From Ylistrum balloti (lineage: Eukaryota), in assembly GCF_031769215.1 (NCBI RefSeq), contig NW_026781965.1, positions 1,674,001 to 1,738,000 on the forward strand: a DNA stretch of 64,000 bases. Direction: 5' to 3'. The position numbers were made by a program, and so were the translations under genes. The notes under the pieces were generated by a model. That model was not told the DNA's origin, ran no database searches, and saw only the letters and a program-made list of their open reading frames with translations. Of the stretch, positions 47,774 through 62,263 are shown piece after piece. Within the stretch, counting starts at the first letter, position 1. The number at the start of each line of letters is the position of its first letter.

Positions 47774-48210
47774 GAATACAAGCATAATAAGATGTGCTTT
47801 AAGTTAACATTACCACCACAACTGGTAGTGCCTAAGTATTGTGACTTACAATATATCTCAAGTAACTCATTATTATTCCAATACCTTTCATCTTTCATTT
47901 GTTATCTAATATATCTAATGATATGAATAACTGAATTGGAGAAAGAATGGATTATGAAAGCTAACAGGATCCGTGTGTTATTCTTATGTCAAATGGTTAC
48001 AAATAATGGATAAATAAACTTTATTTTGATAAATAAAAACTTTATTTTATGGAACTTCAGTGTGGACAATTCTTAACAGTATGAGTAATGAAGTAACACA
48101 AAATGAAACAAAGATAAAGCAATTCCATATATATGTATATCCAAACTGCATGCAAGCAATATTCTATGGTTTCTGTGGTGAAAATGTATCAGTAATGTTG
48201 ATGGTTCTGA

Positions 48211-51200
48211 TCACGGTTTATCCTCATTTATGGAAATAACCCCACCAGGATTCATATTCATCTTTGAGGGATCAAATGGCTGTCCTTTAAATGGTGACCC
48301 CTCAGCATCCCAGGCTTCTCGAAGTAAGTTGTGGACTTTCTAGAATGATAGAATTACAACATTATTCCATAGAAAGAAAGAACACAACATTATTCCATAG
48401 AAAGATAGAACACAACATTATTCCATAGAAAGATAGAACACAAATTTATTCAATAGAAAAGATCAGCACAATAGTAGTTCTTTTGATTTGGAACTCTTTT
48501 GAAATCAAGGTGATTTCAGTCATGACCTTCAAGCAACTGAAAACAACCAAGCTTAATAATCTCAAAATTTCCTTATCTTCTTCTCATGTATCCAAATTAT
48601 TGCAAGAAAAGTTTCTATATATGGAAGTATAAACCAATGATCTCTCATTAACAAAGTATTTTGAGTTCAGTTCAGAACATACTCGTCTAACTGCTTCGAG
48701 GTATGTTTTTATGATTGTAATACTTGTAGAATTTGAAGAAAAAAATGAAAGATATGGTTTTTCATCTTTCAGAAATGTTTTCCAGCCATTTGCCCCCATA
48801 TGTTGCAGTGTATTGATGAGATTAAGTCTTATTTAAACTCTAGTATGAAGATTCAAAGAAGGAAAATATCTCCTTTGTAATAACAAAAACTCCTATTGTG
48901 TCCGAGCAGTACCAACTGATCAGTGATTTGTATATAGCTATGTTATGTCGCAAGAAGTTTGACGAGCCAACATTTAAATAATGTATCCCCCTATTTGTGA
49001 CTTTATGGTTCATGGCCACATTTTTATAAGAAACTAGCTATTACTTCAATCATGGAGTTACTTTTACACTTTGTTGGAAAAATGTACAAACTGAATTCAA
49101 CAACATAACAAAATTTGTTATTGAAGCTAACTAGAGGCAAGTTCTACCCTGTAAAATTTCTATAGTCTGGCTGTTCTATCAAATTCAGTTACCAATACAA
49201 ATAAACAACAACCAATCACTGCCATGTTTCTAAAGATGATGCATGGGCGTACCGTTTCTGGTTTGACATAAATGTTAGAGCTTTAGTCGTCATGAAAACA
49301 ACTTCAGCTTTCTCTGAACAAATGCATTACAAGCTACTGAAGTGAGTTAAGTCATGGTACGGTTAAGGTAACCATAATGATCAAACTTGTCCTTATTACC
49401 TAGATTGCATGTCAAAGATTTTTTTTTTTAAATTAGAAAATGATATATTCTGGTCTTTTCAATGATTTTCACTTAAAACCGTTACCTTTTCTTCACTAGT
49501 AGGGAGTCCTAGTCTTTTTTGTCGCTCATTATACATCATCTCACCAATCTTAGCTTGGGCCTCGTCATCTAGGTCGGTCATCGGGCGACTGGCATCAATC
49601 TTCCTTACATTAATCTTGGATTCTGATGAAAGTAAAGCCTCCCACCACCTCTCCTCTTTCTTCTCCAAATTTACCTGAAAAATATTCAAATATGCAATAG
49701 TAAGATTTTCCATCAATTAATCTTATGCCACCAACTACAAGTGGATATATACAATGTAGTACAAACATTTCTGTGGAATATACATATTTAATGGTATGTT
49801 AGTGCACCATGATGTTGAATATGTAGTATAGAAATGTTAGCAACCAATGAAGGTAAAACATCTGAAACTTAATCTCATTTATTTACATTTCCCCAGAAGT
49901 TGTATTAACAATTACTGTAGTATGTTACTGCACCAACCACTATCAATGTTATTGGAAAATTACATGCATCTTGCAATGCAGGTTCATCTTGAAGGGGTGT
50001 AGTACAAAATGTAAAGTTAATTTTCAAAAATCACTTCATATGTTAAATTGGAACAGCATAAAATTTCATACATTTCAGAAAGATTAATGTACTTAATATT
50101 TAAGTGCTATGATCTCAATTACAGATTGAAGTTTTTACATCCGTACAATACCTTTGGGACAAATATGTACATCGTAACCTGGCAGTACACAGAGCTAAGG
50201 GTTGAATACCTACAGACACTTCAAAAATCAGGTACTTGAGTAATCAGACAGTACTAAATAGTAAAATATCTTACATGTACATGGTCACCAGGCACCAGAC
50301 TCCACATGGACTCCTCCTTCATGACCTCCCAAGACAGGTCATCATCCACAATATCTAACCATTGCCCAGTGTCCTGTTTATGGGAGACTTTCAGTCGCTT
50401 TCTCTCTATCACAACTTTAACATCTTTGCCTTTGGTTAAATACTTTGGTACCTAATTTACATAAAAAAGCATAAAAAACATTAGTACAATATCTTAACTA
50501 TACATGTTTTCATAAATTTTAGAAATTCTTCACATGAAACCACTTCAATCACTTGTAATCTCTTCTAACCTGCCTCATGAACAAGGATATATTGCCTTCA
50601 CCTATCAGTTCCATTTCAAAATTACTTCAATGACAATTGCTAAATACATGCATACCTTTACACTATATTCCTTGTAAAGTACATGAACATTAGAATATAC
50701 ATGAAGAAAATCTATCATTTATAGCAGAGTCTGGTAAACGACTCCTTTATATACACATACTTTGATCTGTGCATCAACATCATTAATAGTTTGCGACCAA
50801 GAGTAGTTGTCCCTCATAGCTCCATTGTGACTGGCAGGGTTGGCCTGAAATGTCTGTTGTTGTCTATAAAATAACATTAAGAAAAGTATGACCCATGTGA
50901 TAGTTTCATGTTCTGAAGTAATGTTATCCTGTACCAGTAACAGAAGTCAGAGATAGGGCTTATAACATGATAACGAAAAAGTGCTTGTTTGTAATTCTAC
51001 TGAAAAACAATAGAAACGTTAGGGCTTATTGCCAGTTTGGGCTTATTGAGGATAAATACACAAAGTTTTCCAGTTGATGGTTCAGAAGGCACTTGATTTA
51101 TTTGTATGCTTTAATTTTTAAGAGAGAGAGTTATCAGAAAAAAATTTCCTTATGGTTTTTGTGTTTAAATCTGTCGAAGTTCAATAGGCTTAATCACTGT

Positions 51201-54200
51201 TCCTCACCAATAATTTCATTATTCACTTCAGACAACTTTTTGAAATGCATGTACTACTACTGCTGTGATGATTTAAAAGTAGTATTCATTTAAATATTCT
51301 ATGAGATTTGGGACCCACCATTGTTTGGTCTTTGTATTTTTTTTTTTTTTTTTTTTATTCTTTCCACTGTATTTGGTCTTCATTGTACGGAATTTGAAAA
51401 TTTGGAAGAAATAGTGATAATAATCTTTAAATGCCAAATCAAGATGGCTACTTCTCAATCAGTCCCAAAATCAAGACGGCACAACTAAGGACCAATTGGA
51501 AATTACATACAAAATTTGAGCCATACACCAAATTTGGAGAACATTGGACTACAGATTATCACATGGAAAGTAACAAAATGGTAAATTTTCGTCATTCGAA
51601 GTCCTATCACTTTTGCATGTATACATAGATTTTACTGGTAATTGATCCTACGCCACGTCTCATTAATAGAAAGCCACATACCAAATTTAGTGAGAATCCG
51701 GCAACAAATACACAAGTTATGGTGCGGAAAGGAAAAAGAGACTGACAGACAGGCTGATTTCTATAGTGCACCCGCAATCAAAATGTGGGACCCAAACAAG
51801 AATACTAAAGACCAAAGACAAAGGGCAGTTTGAATAGCATACCATGGTGGTTTAAATATAAACTGAAGACTTTTTTATTTATGTACTACCTAGTAAGCTC
51901 TGGATCTTCATCTTTATTTTCACTGCTTGAGTCTGATGGTTTGTTTTCAACTCGACTGTGATCCTCTGTTGCCATTGGTTCTGGAGCTTCCTGGGTACCT
52001 GAAGTTTTAGCAGGCTCCTTTGGAATGACAGGCTCACTTTCGACCTCACCAGCAGGTTGGTCAGATGTTGATACTTCCACAGTCTTAACAGCTGCTGGAG
52101 CTATTGTATCAGTAGGCTCCAATGCCACTAGCAAGCAGAGAAAAAACTACTTAAGATACTTCATTTAAAATACTATTCTTGTACCAATGTAATCAGATTA
52201 TGTGTAATTACTGCATTAAAAGCAACAGATGTTGTCATTAGCGATATTACACATAACAAAAAAGAAAACTTTTCTTTAATAGTAACTCAAATTTTGATGA
52301 TTTTTCATTTTACCATTATAGTGTAAAAACAGGATCCTGGATCTTTCTAAATGCTTTATCTCATCAAATGTATTCTATTCTGAACAGTATTTTATTCCAA
52401 ACGCTTAACAAAATTACATATACACATGCTACATGTGCGATGGGAAAACAAGCTTAGATGTTAAATTGCCTAAAACATTCCATACCTAGATAACAATGTT
52501 AACTAAAGGCTAATAACTGTATATATTCTGTGATATGGCCAAAGGTCAACACATCACTTCTTACATCAAGTCTGTGAGTGGACAGAACAACAAAACATCT
52601 TTAGTTTACAACCATAATTTTACTGAACATCAATATGTATTGGTGGGCTTAATACCATACATTAGCTACTTACTGGATGAAAATGGTACTACCCTTTGAT
52701 CAGACAACTTCCTATCAGGATATCAATATTTCCTTGTGTGTCACAGATATGGAAAATCTGAAATTACCTAACCAACCAAGGGGAATAACTCCTAAGAAAA
52801 TGACTGAAAAATAATCTGCCGCCAACAACTACATCAAAATAAAAAATGTACTCTATTGCATTTGGTCAACATCTTGAAACAGTAACAAATCAGGGAAATC
52901 TTTCTGAATGATTACTTTAAAAGAGAATATCTCTTTCCAAACTCATCATAATGAAAATAAATTGCAAATGCACAACTTATAATGTGCACCAAGTTCAGTC
53001 ACTGAGAGTAACACCTCTGTTTATGTTTATATCAAATTGAGTTCCATGCACCCAAGTATATTCCAGTCAAAATTTCTTGAAATCTACTCAGATAACAGAC
53101 ATATGAGGAAAGACAGGTGAACCACTTCAGTATATCCTTTTGTTACCTTTCTTTTTCCTTGTTTTTTCCTTTTCTTCCTCATCCTTTCTTGCCAAGTCTT
53201 CATACTGTTTATATGACTGTCAAAATAATCCATGTGCAACCATTAACAATGTTTGTTATGCTTTCAACTGCATGTATACAAAAAATATCTCTTGGAGAAA
53301 GGCTAGTAAAACAAAGTTTAAAAGGTTTAAGTTAGAAAGTTCATAATGTAAAAATGTAAACCAGTTATATAAGCAATAACAATATATCAATAACCTGTTT
53401 TTTCCTTGTTAATACAATAAGTTTTTTGAAACTAGTGGTAACAAGGATTCTTTTAGGACAGACAGACAATTTATAAAGGATGATTTTAATAGCACCATCT
53501 CATTATAGTGGGCTAAAAATTATGAACAGCAATGGCATCTTCTTCACTCAGAACCTACATTGAGTAAAATCTTCACTGCCACTCCTGCAGGAAATCCAAG
53601 ACGGTCCGTCTTCTGCTTCATTAAGCGATAAAAGTCAGTTCTGAAAAAGAAGGCTTTTATTATTATCCTCCATAAATCAAATTAAATGATAGTTAAACCT
53701 ATTTGAATTTACTGAAGACTTTGAAAGGCCTCCATGACATATTATACATGCCTTGCTGAACAGGTCACCCATATTTATCTTGAACATGGGTCCAGGTAAC
53801 ATTCAACATAGGACAATTTGTGACTTACAGATGTATTTTAAACAACATAAAACACCAAAATTTATTATGTTTCATACACAGTCCCACCTCTTTAGGTTAT
53901 TATAAACCAAATATATACCAGTAAATTTCTGATAATAAATGTTATGCTCATGCAGTTTCATATCACACATTAAGTAAATATGTTAACTCCATGGGGTTAG
54001 GTGTTTGTGCCAAGTCTCTGTGCCTTCATACACATCACAAGGTCCACACCTTTTATTTTTACCTACTTTGCAAAAGCTTTATATTCATCTATTCTATTCA
54101 CATATTAATCGCAATTCGAAGTTTGGTTGCTTGGCCAGGGAGATCTTGTTGAAATATACATTGTGATGCAAACTGTAATGAAGACTATTGTAACATGCAA

Positions 54201-54425
54201 AAGCACTTCTCTTTAACAAAACCGATTTAGAATATAATGCAACGCAATGACTTGTGGTCATGAAGTCTGATAATAATCTGTCACAATAAAATAGGCATAT
54301 CCATGTCATCCTACTGACTTTCTGTAAAGAAATCCGAACATGGCGTCCAAAAACCCAGCAATCTGTCCCTCATGTTGTAAAATTCCTAGCAGGGCAGTGT
54401 CATACTGCTCCCTCATTCCCGCCAT
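48211..54425 (-). CDS. NUDCD3: NudC domain-containing protein 3, 364 aa, 8 coding exons
   Basis: Exons 54425-54319, 53640-53559, 53216-53147, 52127-51890, 50863-50761, 50451-50275, 49674-49486 and 48339-48211 join in frame (1095 nt). Motifs are YDTALLGILQHEG..FLDAMFGFLYRKTDFYRL, HNGAMRDNYSWSQ, ERWWEALL and AWDAEGSPFKGQPFDP. Confidence 0.96.
51295..51802 (+). mobile_element. HINE-like element in NUDCD3 intron
   Basis: The 5' block gagatttgggacccaccattgtttggtc and the internal block tcagtcccaaaatcaa are shared with 34979. The 3' end has gacagacag followed by cacccgc..gtgggacccaaac. Confidence 0.55.
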
Positions 54426-54566
54426 ATTGTTTTTGCTTCACAATATCGAGGTTAGTAAAATGTTTCCACCTTGAATTCCTTCATTTAGAGCGTTTAGAAG
54501 ATTTAGCATAGTCTTTCGTTCGGAATTCCTTTGCATTGTTCATATGTGTTGTAGAATAATACCATC
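54426..54566. promoter_or_regulatory. Bidirectional NUDCD3/PGAP1 promoter region
   Basis: Only 141 bp separate the two divergent ATGs, so both promoters and 5' UTRs must fit here, overlap each other's coding sequence, or lie in upstream exons inside the partner gene. Confidence 0.7.
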
Positions 54567-57500
54567 ATGGCGGTAGTTAGCGCTGGGTTTGCGGTACTGT
54601 GTGTCGGTATTCTTGTTTATGGAGTTCTGGACATTTTGACAAATTTTGAAGAAAACAAATGTGAAATGACGTTCATGTTTGAAATGCCAGAATATGTGGT
54701 TGGTATATATTCCTTGTCCAGATCTTAAGCACCGATGAACAAGTGGGAAGTCATTACGCGGTTCACTGATAGTGCGTTTTTTTACATACAGACAATATAT
54801 TCTCGATAAATAGACTTTGTGCCAGCATGCACAGCTAGCTATCAGTTTCATATCTAGTATCGGGGACGTTTAATACTAATGTGATAATAATAATGTATTA
54901 TACTTCCATGCTAGTATCTAGCTATCATTAATAGGTCCGTTCACTGCAGACAGCAATGTACTCATACGCTGGTTCGCAGACAACAAATTACTAGTAAATC
55001 CAGAAAAAATTCAGGCCATTGCTATTTGGGGGAAAAGCACACAAAAAGAAATATGTAGGTTTTAGTAGCTCATAAGAGCTAATGTTTCACTGTTTAATGC
55101 ATCTATTTTAAATAAAACTTTTGAACTTTGCCCGTCCTTCTGTCTCCATTGGTATGTTTCAATTTTCATGGGCTTTCAAATGTATTTCATTTAAGGCAAA
55201 CATTACAAGTTACAGTAATTCACAATGTTGACTTGCACACAGAGTTAAATATGGTCTCAGTCACTCAGCAGACAGAACATACTTCAGTTGATAGACCCAT
55301 TGATAATCTTTATGCTAGAGACCTGAATTAGATTTATGAAATAACGCTCCATATAAATGTGTTCTGTGTTCCCCAAAAATTATTGGGGTACCATATAGTC
55401 GCTGCCTGGTCAGTATGTACATCTTTCCATCTTTCCTTCCATCTTTCTTACGATCCTTTCTTGTCTGGAGCATGATTTGCCAACAGTCAATCAAGGATCA
55501 TGAAACTTGGTGTATGCATTGGCCATACTATGGTGATGTGCAGTGTACAAAGTCCAGGGCCCGTATCTCCTTAATTACTTAGTTCTTGCCCTTTGTTAAA
55601 ATCTCATGTCCAGAGAAAAAGTGTTAGTTGCTTGCATTTAAAATAGAATAATGACACTTGGTGTATACATTGATCATACTAAGATGATGTGCATTGAACC
55701 AAATTCAGGAACCTTGACCACTTGATTGCAGAGTTATTGCTTTTTATTTAAAATTTCTTGTCTGGAGCATAACTTTGCTTTTATTTAAGCTAGGATAATG
55801 AAACTTGGTGTGTACATTAATCATACAAAGGCAATGTGCAGTGCACCAATCAATTAATTACAGAGTTATTGTTCAAATTCTGTGTATGGAGCATGACTTG
55901 GCCTACTGTTAAACTGTTAGATAATGAAACTTGATGTATGCACTGGTCATACAAAGAGGATGTGCAGTGTATCAAAGTTCAGGTCTGGAATCCCTTAATT
56001 ACAAAGTTAGTCCTCTTTGTTTAAATTTTATGTCCAATGAAGTCCTTTTAGGAGAGTGTTCATCTGTTTCATTTATACTCTTGTTCCTTGTACTGTTACA
56101 TTGTACCTGACAAGTCCCATGGATAGTAATAATTTGAGTCTTTGATAAAAAAAGCAAATCAATATGACTGGTGTAACCTATGGTCTTTGTTAATCAGCTG
56201 ATGCACCATACTTCCATGGTTCAGTTGGTAGCACTGTTATCAAGTTGGAAACACTTGCTCAATTCCTGTCTGATTACTTGGCAGGAAATGTGTTTGTCAC
56301 TGTTCTGTTACAAATTTACAAAAATGAATATCATGTATATCCGGTAGATTAAAAGATTGTGCCTCAGTTTAATGTTCACTGTAGTGACACAATTATAGGA
56401 TGATAATTAATTAATTTCCTTAACAACTGGTTATAAAAACTCTCAGAAAGCCAGTCATTCTCTAATTTACAAGTACTTCAGATATCTTTGTCTATTACAG
56501 CTGAGGATGACTTGTACATAAATTTAGAGTTTGGAATTTCGTCTTTTTCATTGAAATTTACATAACACACTGTATTATATACATGTACATTATATTCATA
56601 GAAACTGGTATTGAAACAGTTTTCATTTGTTTTTTTTTTATTTCCCCCCCCCCCGCCCTGCCCCCCTTCTCCCAAATGATTGTTTTTGTTGCATCTATAA
56701 ATGTTTATGAACTATGTCAGCTCCCTTAGAAAGTTAGTATCAGATATTATGGAGAAAGCTTCCAATCTATTAAAGGACTGAAGTATATATATGTTTTATA
56801 TCAACTTTAGAACATTCCCTTTGGAGATGAGGTGAAGAAAACCTATCCCAGATATGGGCTGTATGTGTATGGGGAAGGGTAAGTACACCATCATAACTGT
56901 TACAGATATGTCAAGCTTTAAAGCTAGGGACAAACTTAAAACACATCAAACCATTGATAAGATATTGTGACTGAGCCCTTAGGATATTCAAAATTTTATG
57001 AAAAGTTGACTTACTAATCAATATTAAAGTGATTAAACTAATGATGTGAATCTACTGATTGATAATAAGACATCAGACACAGAAAAGGTGTTCAGAGAAA
57101 AAATAACTTCATAACATAGTGGTAACCCTATTGTAAAATGGCAACTGGACATTGTGAACATTCAGGTCTATTGACAGGTTTTTATAGTAGACTTAACGTA
57201 ATCAAATTAGCAATACAGTGATGTGCAAATTACACAAAAAAAAAACAAAACTAGTTTAGTCTTGACTCATTTTGATCATTAATGCTCATGCATGATAGCT
57301 ATTTTTGAAGTCCTGAATTATTTGTATTTCAATATTCAAGATCATTTCAAATTATGATGTCATGTTTAGTAATTTGATTTTCATTTTGTTTATAGGGATT
57401 ATGCCAGATATGTAAGGTATGTTATGTTTTTTTTAATCAAATAAAGGTAATGTTTGTATCATCAATTCGGTGCTTCTTATCTTGGACAATTTATGCATCA

Positions 57501-60500
57501 AACCATTGTATTCTTACAGTTTTTTTTCTTCCCAAATGTTGTTGAAAGATGATTATGACAACTCTATCAGATAATGATCCTCATTTCTCCATATTGACTT
57601 TTTCTGTACATGTTGAGCTCTTGTTCCTGTGATGATCTTTTCACCACAAGGAAATCTCTTACTCCTCATAACACATTAGAGATTTGGCTTATTACCCAAA
57701 AAAAGATGCAGCGTTTGTTGGTAATCCAGTTAAAACAGCAATAGCCATAGTTCAACTTATAGTCTTTTCAGTAATATGATGATCCTTCTGCTATCCACAC
57801 TGATGATCTGTCCACCACAGAAAGACTCCATTACATCTGATGGTTATTCAGTGATGTTTTGCTTTCATCTCTGATTGATCAAACCTGATATAAGTTGTAT
57901 TAATGTTGAAACAACTTAGAAATCTGATGTAAACATCATGTTTGTATTCAAATTAATTCAGTGAAACTTGGTCTGGTTTTAAACAGTTGTCTGTGACTTC
58001 CTACTCAACAATGTTTTAATGATTTTGATAAGTTTGTTAATGTCAAAAATCAAGTCAAACAAATGATTATGCATTATCAGAATCTAAAACTGATTTGATT
58101 AACAAGTATATAGTACATATTAGTATCAGTAATTTATTGGAATTTTATTCCTTATTCTATAGTGACATGAATCTTCAGGGAGTACCTGTCCTCTTCATTC
58201 CTGGCAATGCTGGTAGTCACAAACAAGGTAAGAGGGATTAATTTCAGGGTAATTCTAAATCAGACAACTTTCCATCTACCTTTTAAAGCTGATCATATTT
58301 TGTCAAAATTACCAGTAATTTTAAGAATTTGTTATATTTTCTAATGAAATGATATAAACTACTCGGTAGATATTGGATGAGACGTGAATTTACCACTGTA
58401 AACCATATAATTTCTGTGAACTTTGGATAATCTTACTACTTTATTTTTAACTTACAAAGCTCATCAGTGTATTTAATGTCACATTTTACTACAGACAGAA
58501 TTGTCCTGACATTGAAATGAAATTGGTTTAGAAGCTTGTAGGAAGATTTTTTTCAAATACAAAAGCATGTTATTCAAAATCATCTTTTCCTTAGAGGCCA
58601 ATTTGTAAATGAGATGTTGTAGCATATTATATTGTTTTCACATTTTAATGTGTTCTGGTTCTTCCTGCCTGCAGCCCGATCCCTAGCATCAGTGGCATTA
58701 AGACGTGTTGAGGAAAAAAAACCTAACTTCCATTTCAATTACTTCACAGTGGATTTAAATGAGGTGAATCTTCTAAACTATTTCCATCCTTTTTTTCAAA
58801 GACTACTTTTCAGCATGTTATAAAGGTAGGGTCTCATTTGCCAAGGATGGTCATTATCAGGGTCTTACCTGTATCATTTAAGGTACATCAAACGAATCTC
58901 AAGGTTGCATAACTTTACATTATAATGACTTTGAACTTGGGTGTTTTTGCTATGACATATTCCAGCTGTGCAGAGAGCAAAAGTGGTTGTAACCGCTGGA
59001 GTATTGAGGATGTAGTAATACTGTTGGTATTTGTTTGCTTATGTTATTTTCTTACGTCATTGTTTTATTTTTTATTTGTTGGGTAGTGACTTAACATACT
59101 GTCTTGTCTATAGCTGTGATGGCATATCTTGCTGTTTTGTTTGTAGGAGATGATGGGTCTGTATGGTGGGACATTACAGGACCAGACCGGTAAGTTCATT
59201 ACAGTATTTTCTGGATTATAAGCCGCACATTTTTCCTTGTGAGTTGGGCGTGCCACTTATATACTGGTGTGCCATATATGTGGACAAAAAATCGGCAGAA
59301 TGAAAACAACAATAAAGAAGGAAGCGTAACCATACACCAGTAAGAGACGATACAGAGTTTGTTTTTTTACAAGTACCTGCCCGTCACATGTTTGTGACTG
59401 TAATAGATGGTCTAGAGGCGTCATTTGCAATCATATACGGGATTATTTGAAGATTGAAATCAAAATAACATTATCATGGGTTTAATTAATCATACCTTTT
59501 GATATGAATCACAATAATATCGTCTTGACTTTCTCGGTTATTTCAAAGCCATAGAGGAAGTTTACAATAGTCTTTTGCATCCTGGGATCGATAGGTCATG
59601 GAGTTATATGTAAAATTCTAGAATAACTGCCAAGCTTGTTTATGAAATGAATGACTTTGTGTAGCTTACAAGAAGAAATAATTTATTGGACTATAAGAGT
59701 TTGGTTAGCATGCAAGGGTCTTCGTTAATATTTAACAGTTCAGACACTGATGGAGAGATTGTTTGATAAAGCATATGTAACATCTGGCCCATATGTCTGT
59801 GCATAGACAATTTGTAAAGGCACCCAAGCCAAACAAGTTTGATGTTTACTATTTTATATTTTTTGAAATGTAACAGTGAGATAAAGGATTATCTGTATAT
59901 AACTCATTTGAAAACTTTATTAAATGTTTCACTGATGATCTTGATAAATTGCCCTCCGTTTTCTGTAATATCAATGAAGAAAATATTCCTTGTTTCATAA
60001 ATGTTCAGTTGTTTACTCTGAAACTGCTTTGTGCAGTTGATATCATTAGTTTTAGATGCACAAGGAAGTGAAAACCTTTTAAAAACCACTTAACATAGCT
60101 AGAAGCGTCAGTATCAACAGGAAATCGATAAGGCTTTCAATGTGATGGATGATTACAACATGAAATCATTGATGTACCAGGTACTGTACCAAATTTTTGG
60201 TGCCAGACATGCAGTGAATGAATTGATTTTAGCCATTACACTTTTTATTGCCTGGTGAAATACTTTTAACAGATCTTGATGTGATTTCTGGACATATAAC
60301 TATCAGTTTTAGTCATTCATGAGAAACATACATTTGTAAGCTGGAGTAGTTAAACAATATTTACATATTTATTTCAGAATTTGTTCACTTGTGCATGACA
60401 AAGATCTTGACACTGTATGGAGAAGCTCCCAGTCCCCCCTCATCAGTAATACTAGTCGGACACTCTATGGTAAGGCTAAATATATATTCCTCTTATAGAG

Positions 60501-62114
60501 AAGCTTTCAGTTGTTTCATCTGTAATACAAATGGGACAGTCCATGGTAAGACTGTATATATATATATATATGATGGATGGTTTTTGGTCCGTTATAAAGG
60601 GCCTTCGGCGTCCATCAGCTGAAGGGATTATCAAGACACCTAAATTTACACCACCGCTCTCCATTTAGATTTATAACTTTGTCTTATGTTCTGTGTATGT
60701 GATGTAATGTATGTAATAACTGTGTCTTGAAAAGGAGGCAGACTGCCCTATATGGGTAAGCTTTCATTATCCTTATTTATGTTATTGATGGGCTAATACA
60801 GGGAAGTTTCTACTCAGGATCTGTTCCTAATATAGAGACATTCAATTGTCCTAGCTCGGTATACATTGATTCAGAATCAGAAGATTGATGCAGTTGATTG
60901 ATTTATACCTACGTACACTAAATAATGATGTTTAATTTTGTGTTGTAGGGCGGAAATATTGCACGAGCATTATTCACACTTCCAGATTTTGACCCCAGTC
61001 TAGTGTCTGTTATCATCACACAGGCAACCCCTCACCAAGGTCCTGGTATGTACAATGGATAACTTTCCTTTATGCTATAATATGGTACATTGTCATAAGT
61101 CCACTCTCTTAGCTGAGTATTTTCAAGAAGTTGAGTACTAAGGCTTCCCTTGAGCATATTTGTTCCAAGTGATACATATTTTTATACCCTACCATTTTAT
61201 TGGGGGGTGGGGGCAATGTAGTGTTACCTTATCAGTCCCAGTGCGTCCACTTCTGAATCAATGTGATATCTCTCAACATATCTAAGAATCATAAAAAGTT
61301 CCTACACCAGATCATATCCTGGTTTGCCAAGGAGTGAAGGAAATCATGTCTTATATTTCCTGGTTATAGTGAATACTGAACCTACTTGATTGTATTAGTG
61401 ATTACACAAAATCATCTCTGAAGTCAATATGTATACTCATTTGAAAATTAATAAGATACACAATGAAAGTGTTTTGATGAAAATATAAATCACAACTGCC
61501 TAACATTCCATTAAAAGGCTACATGATCAATTTATAAGTAACTTCAGCTATTAACTGATAGTGATTTTCCAGATGAACACTAAAAATAACAATTTTTACC
61601 AACAGTTATTCCCTTTGACATGAAACTCTCCACATTCATGACAACAGTGAACAATTACTGGGTAGATCACAGTAACAGCAGCTTAAGTCATGTGACCATT
61701 GTGTCAACTGGCGGGGGTCACCGGGATGTCCTTGTCAGGAACAGCTTTACCTCCCTTAAAGGGGTAGGTATGACTGGTTCATATCCAGCCAGAGTAGTGA
61801 TAATTTCATTAACATCAGATATTTTCAACTCTTGTGTAATTTCAAAAGTGTAAGTTATTCAGTTTTCAATGTTAAATTTTCGACATTGTGTTCAAGTAGT
61901 AGTAATAGTGCATTTTTTTCTTAATTTTCATTTCTAAAAATATATTAAAAAGCAAAAATCTAAGATCCTTTGCTCTGTTGTGAACAAATAATATGTTCTT
62001 TTTTGTCCTAAAACATAACTACATGTATTTCAGTTCTGTCTCATATTTAAACTATATAATGATGTCAATAACCTTTTGCAGATAGTTGATGAGTCCAATG
62101 GAGTATACACATCA
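54567..62114 (+). CDS. PGAP1: GPI inositol-deacylase, first 10 coding exons (gene continues off the right edge)
   Basis: Exons 54567-54698, 56811-56878, 57396-57416, 58163-58227, 58675-58763, 59147-59189, 60378-60469, 60949-61045, 61606-61763 and 62082-62114, all phase-compatible. Features are an N-terminal TM segment, FEENKCEMTFMFE, GVPVLFIPGNAGSHKQARS, the lipase motif VGHSM|GG, TQATPH and STGGGHRDVLV. Confidence 0.96.
55367..56086 (-). mobile_element. HINE-like element with internal tandem repeats in PGAP1 intron 1
   Basis: ctcttgtt at about 56078-56086 is AACAAGAG on the minus strand. There are four copies of (gataa)tgaaacttggtgta..cattg.tcatac..gtgca, a ccatcttt microsatellite and a terminal hairpin ccccaaaaattattgggg. 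Confidence 0.6.
59200..59295. mobile_element. Short MITE-like element, homologous to 10934-11018
   Basis: tacagtattttctggattataagccgcac...gttgggcgtgccacttatatac, beginning 10-11 nt after the PGAP1 exon 6 donor. Confidence 0.5.
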
Positions 62115-62263
62115 GTGAGTATCTACATGTAGTCATTAGACTTCAACCTCTTTGATTGCCAAATCACTCAGTAATCTGCTGCAGTAGTTCCTTGAATTAG
62201 TCATCAGACATTGTCCATAAACAATTATATTTTTATGTCTTTAGACACAGAATATCAGGAATT

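Noticed and set aside
46630-47898. Several 65-178 aa minus-strand ORFs with repeated MPGYFCPLV.. peptides
   Set aside because: They arise from the 83-bp tandem repeat cycling through frames; there are no splice signals or protein homology.
56217-56275. tRNA-like A box (TGGTTCAGTTGG) and weak B box (GCTCAATTCC)
   Set aside because: It does not fold into a cloverleaf; at best it is a very degenerate tRNA-derived SINE head.
57776-57840. C/D-box-like pattern ATGATGA...CTGA/TGATGA...CTGA in a PGAP1 intron
   Set aside because: D' and C' overlap, there is no convincing terminal stem, and the only rRNA-like complementarity I could see is interrupted.
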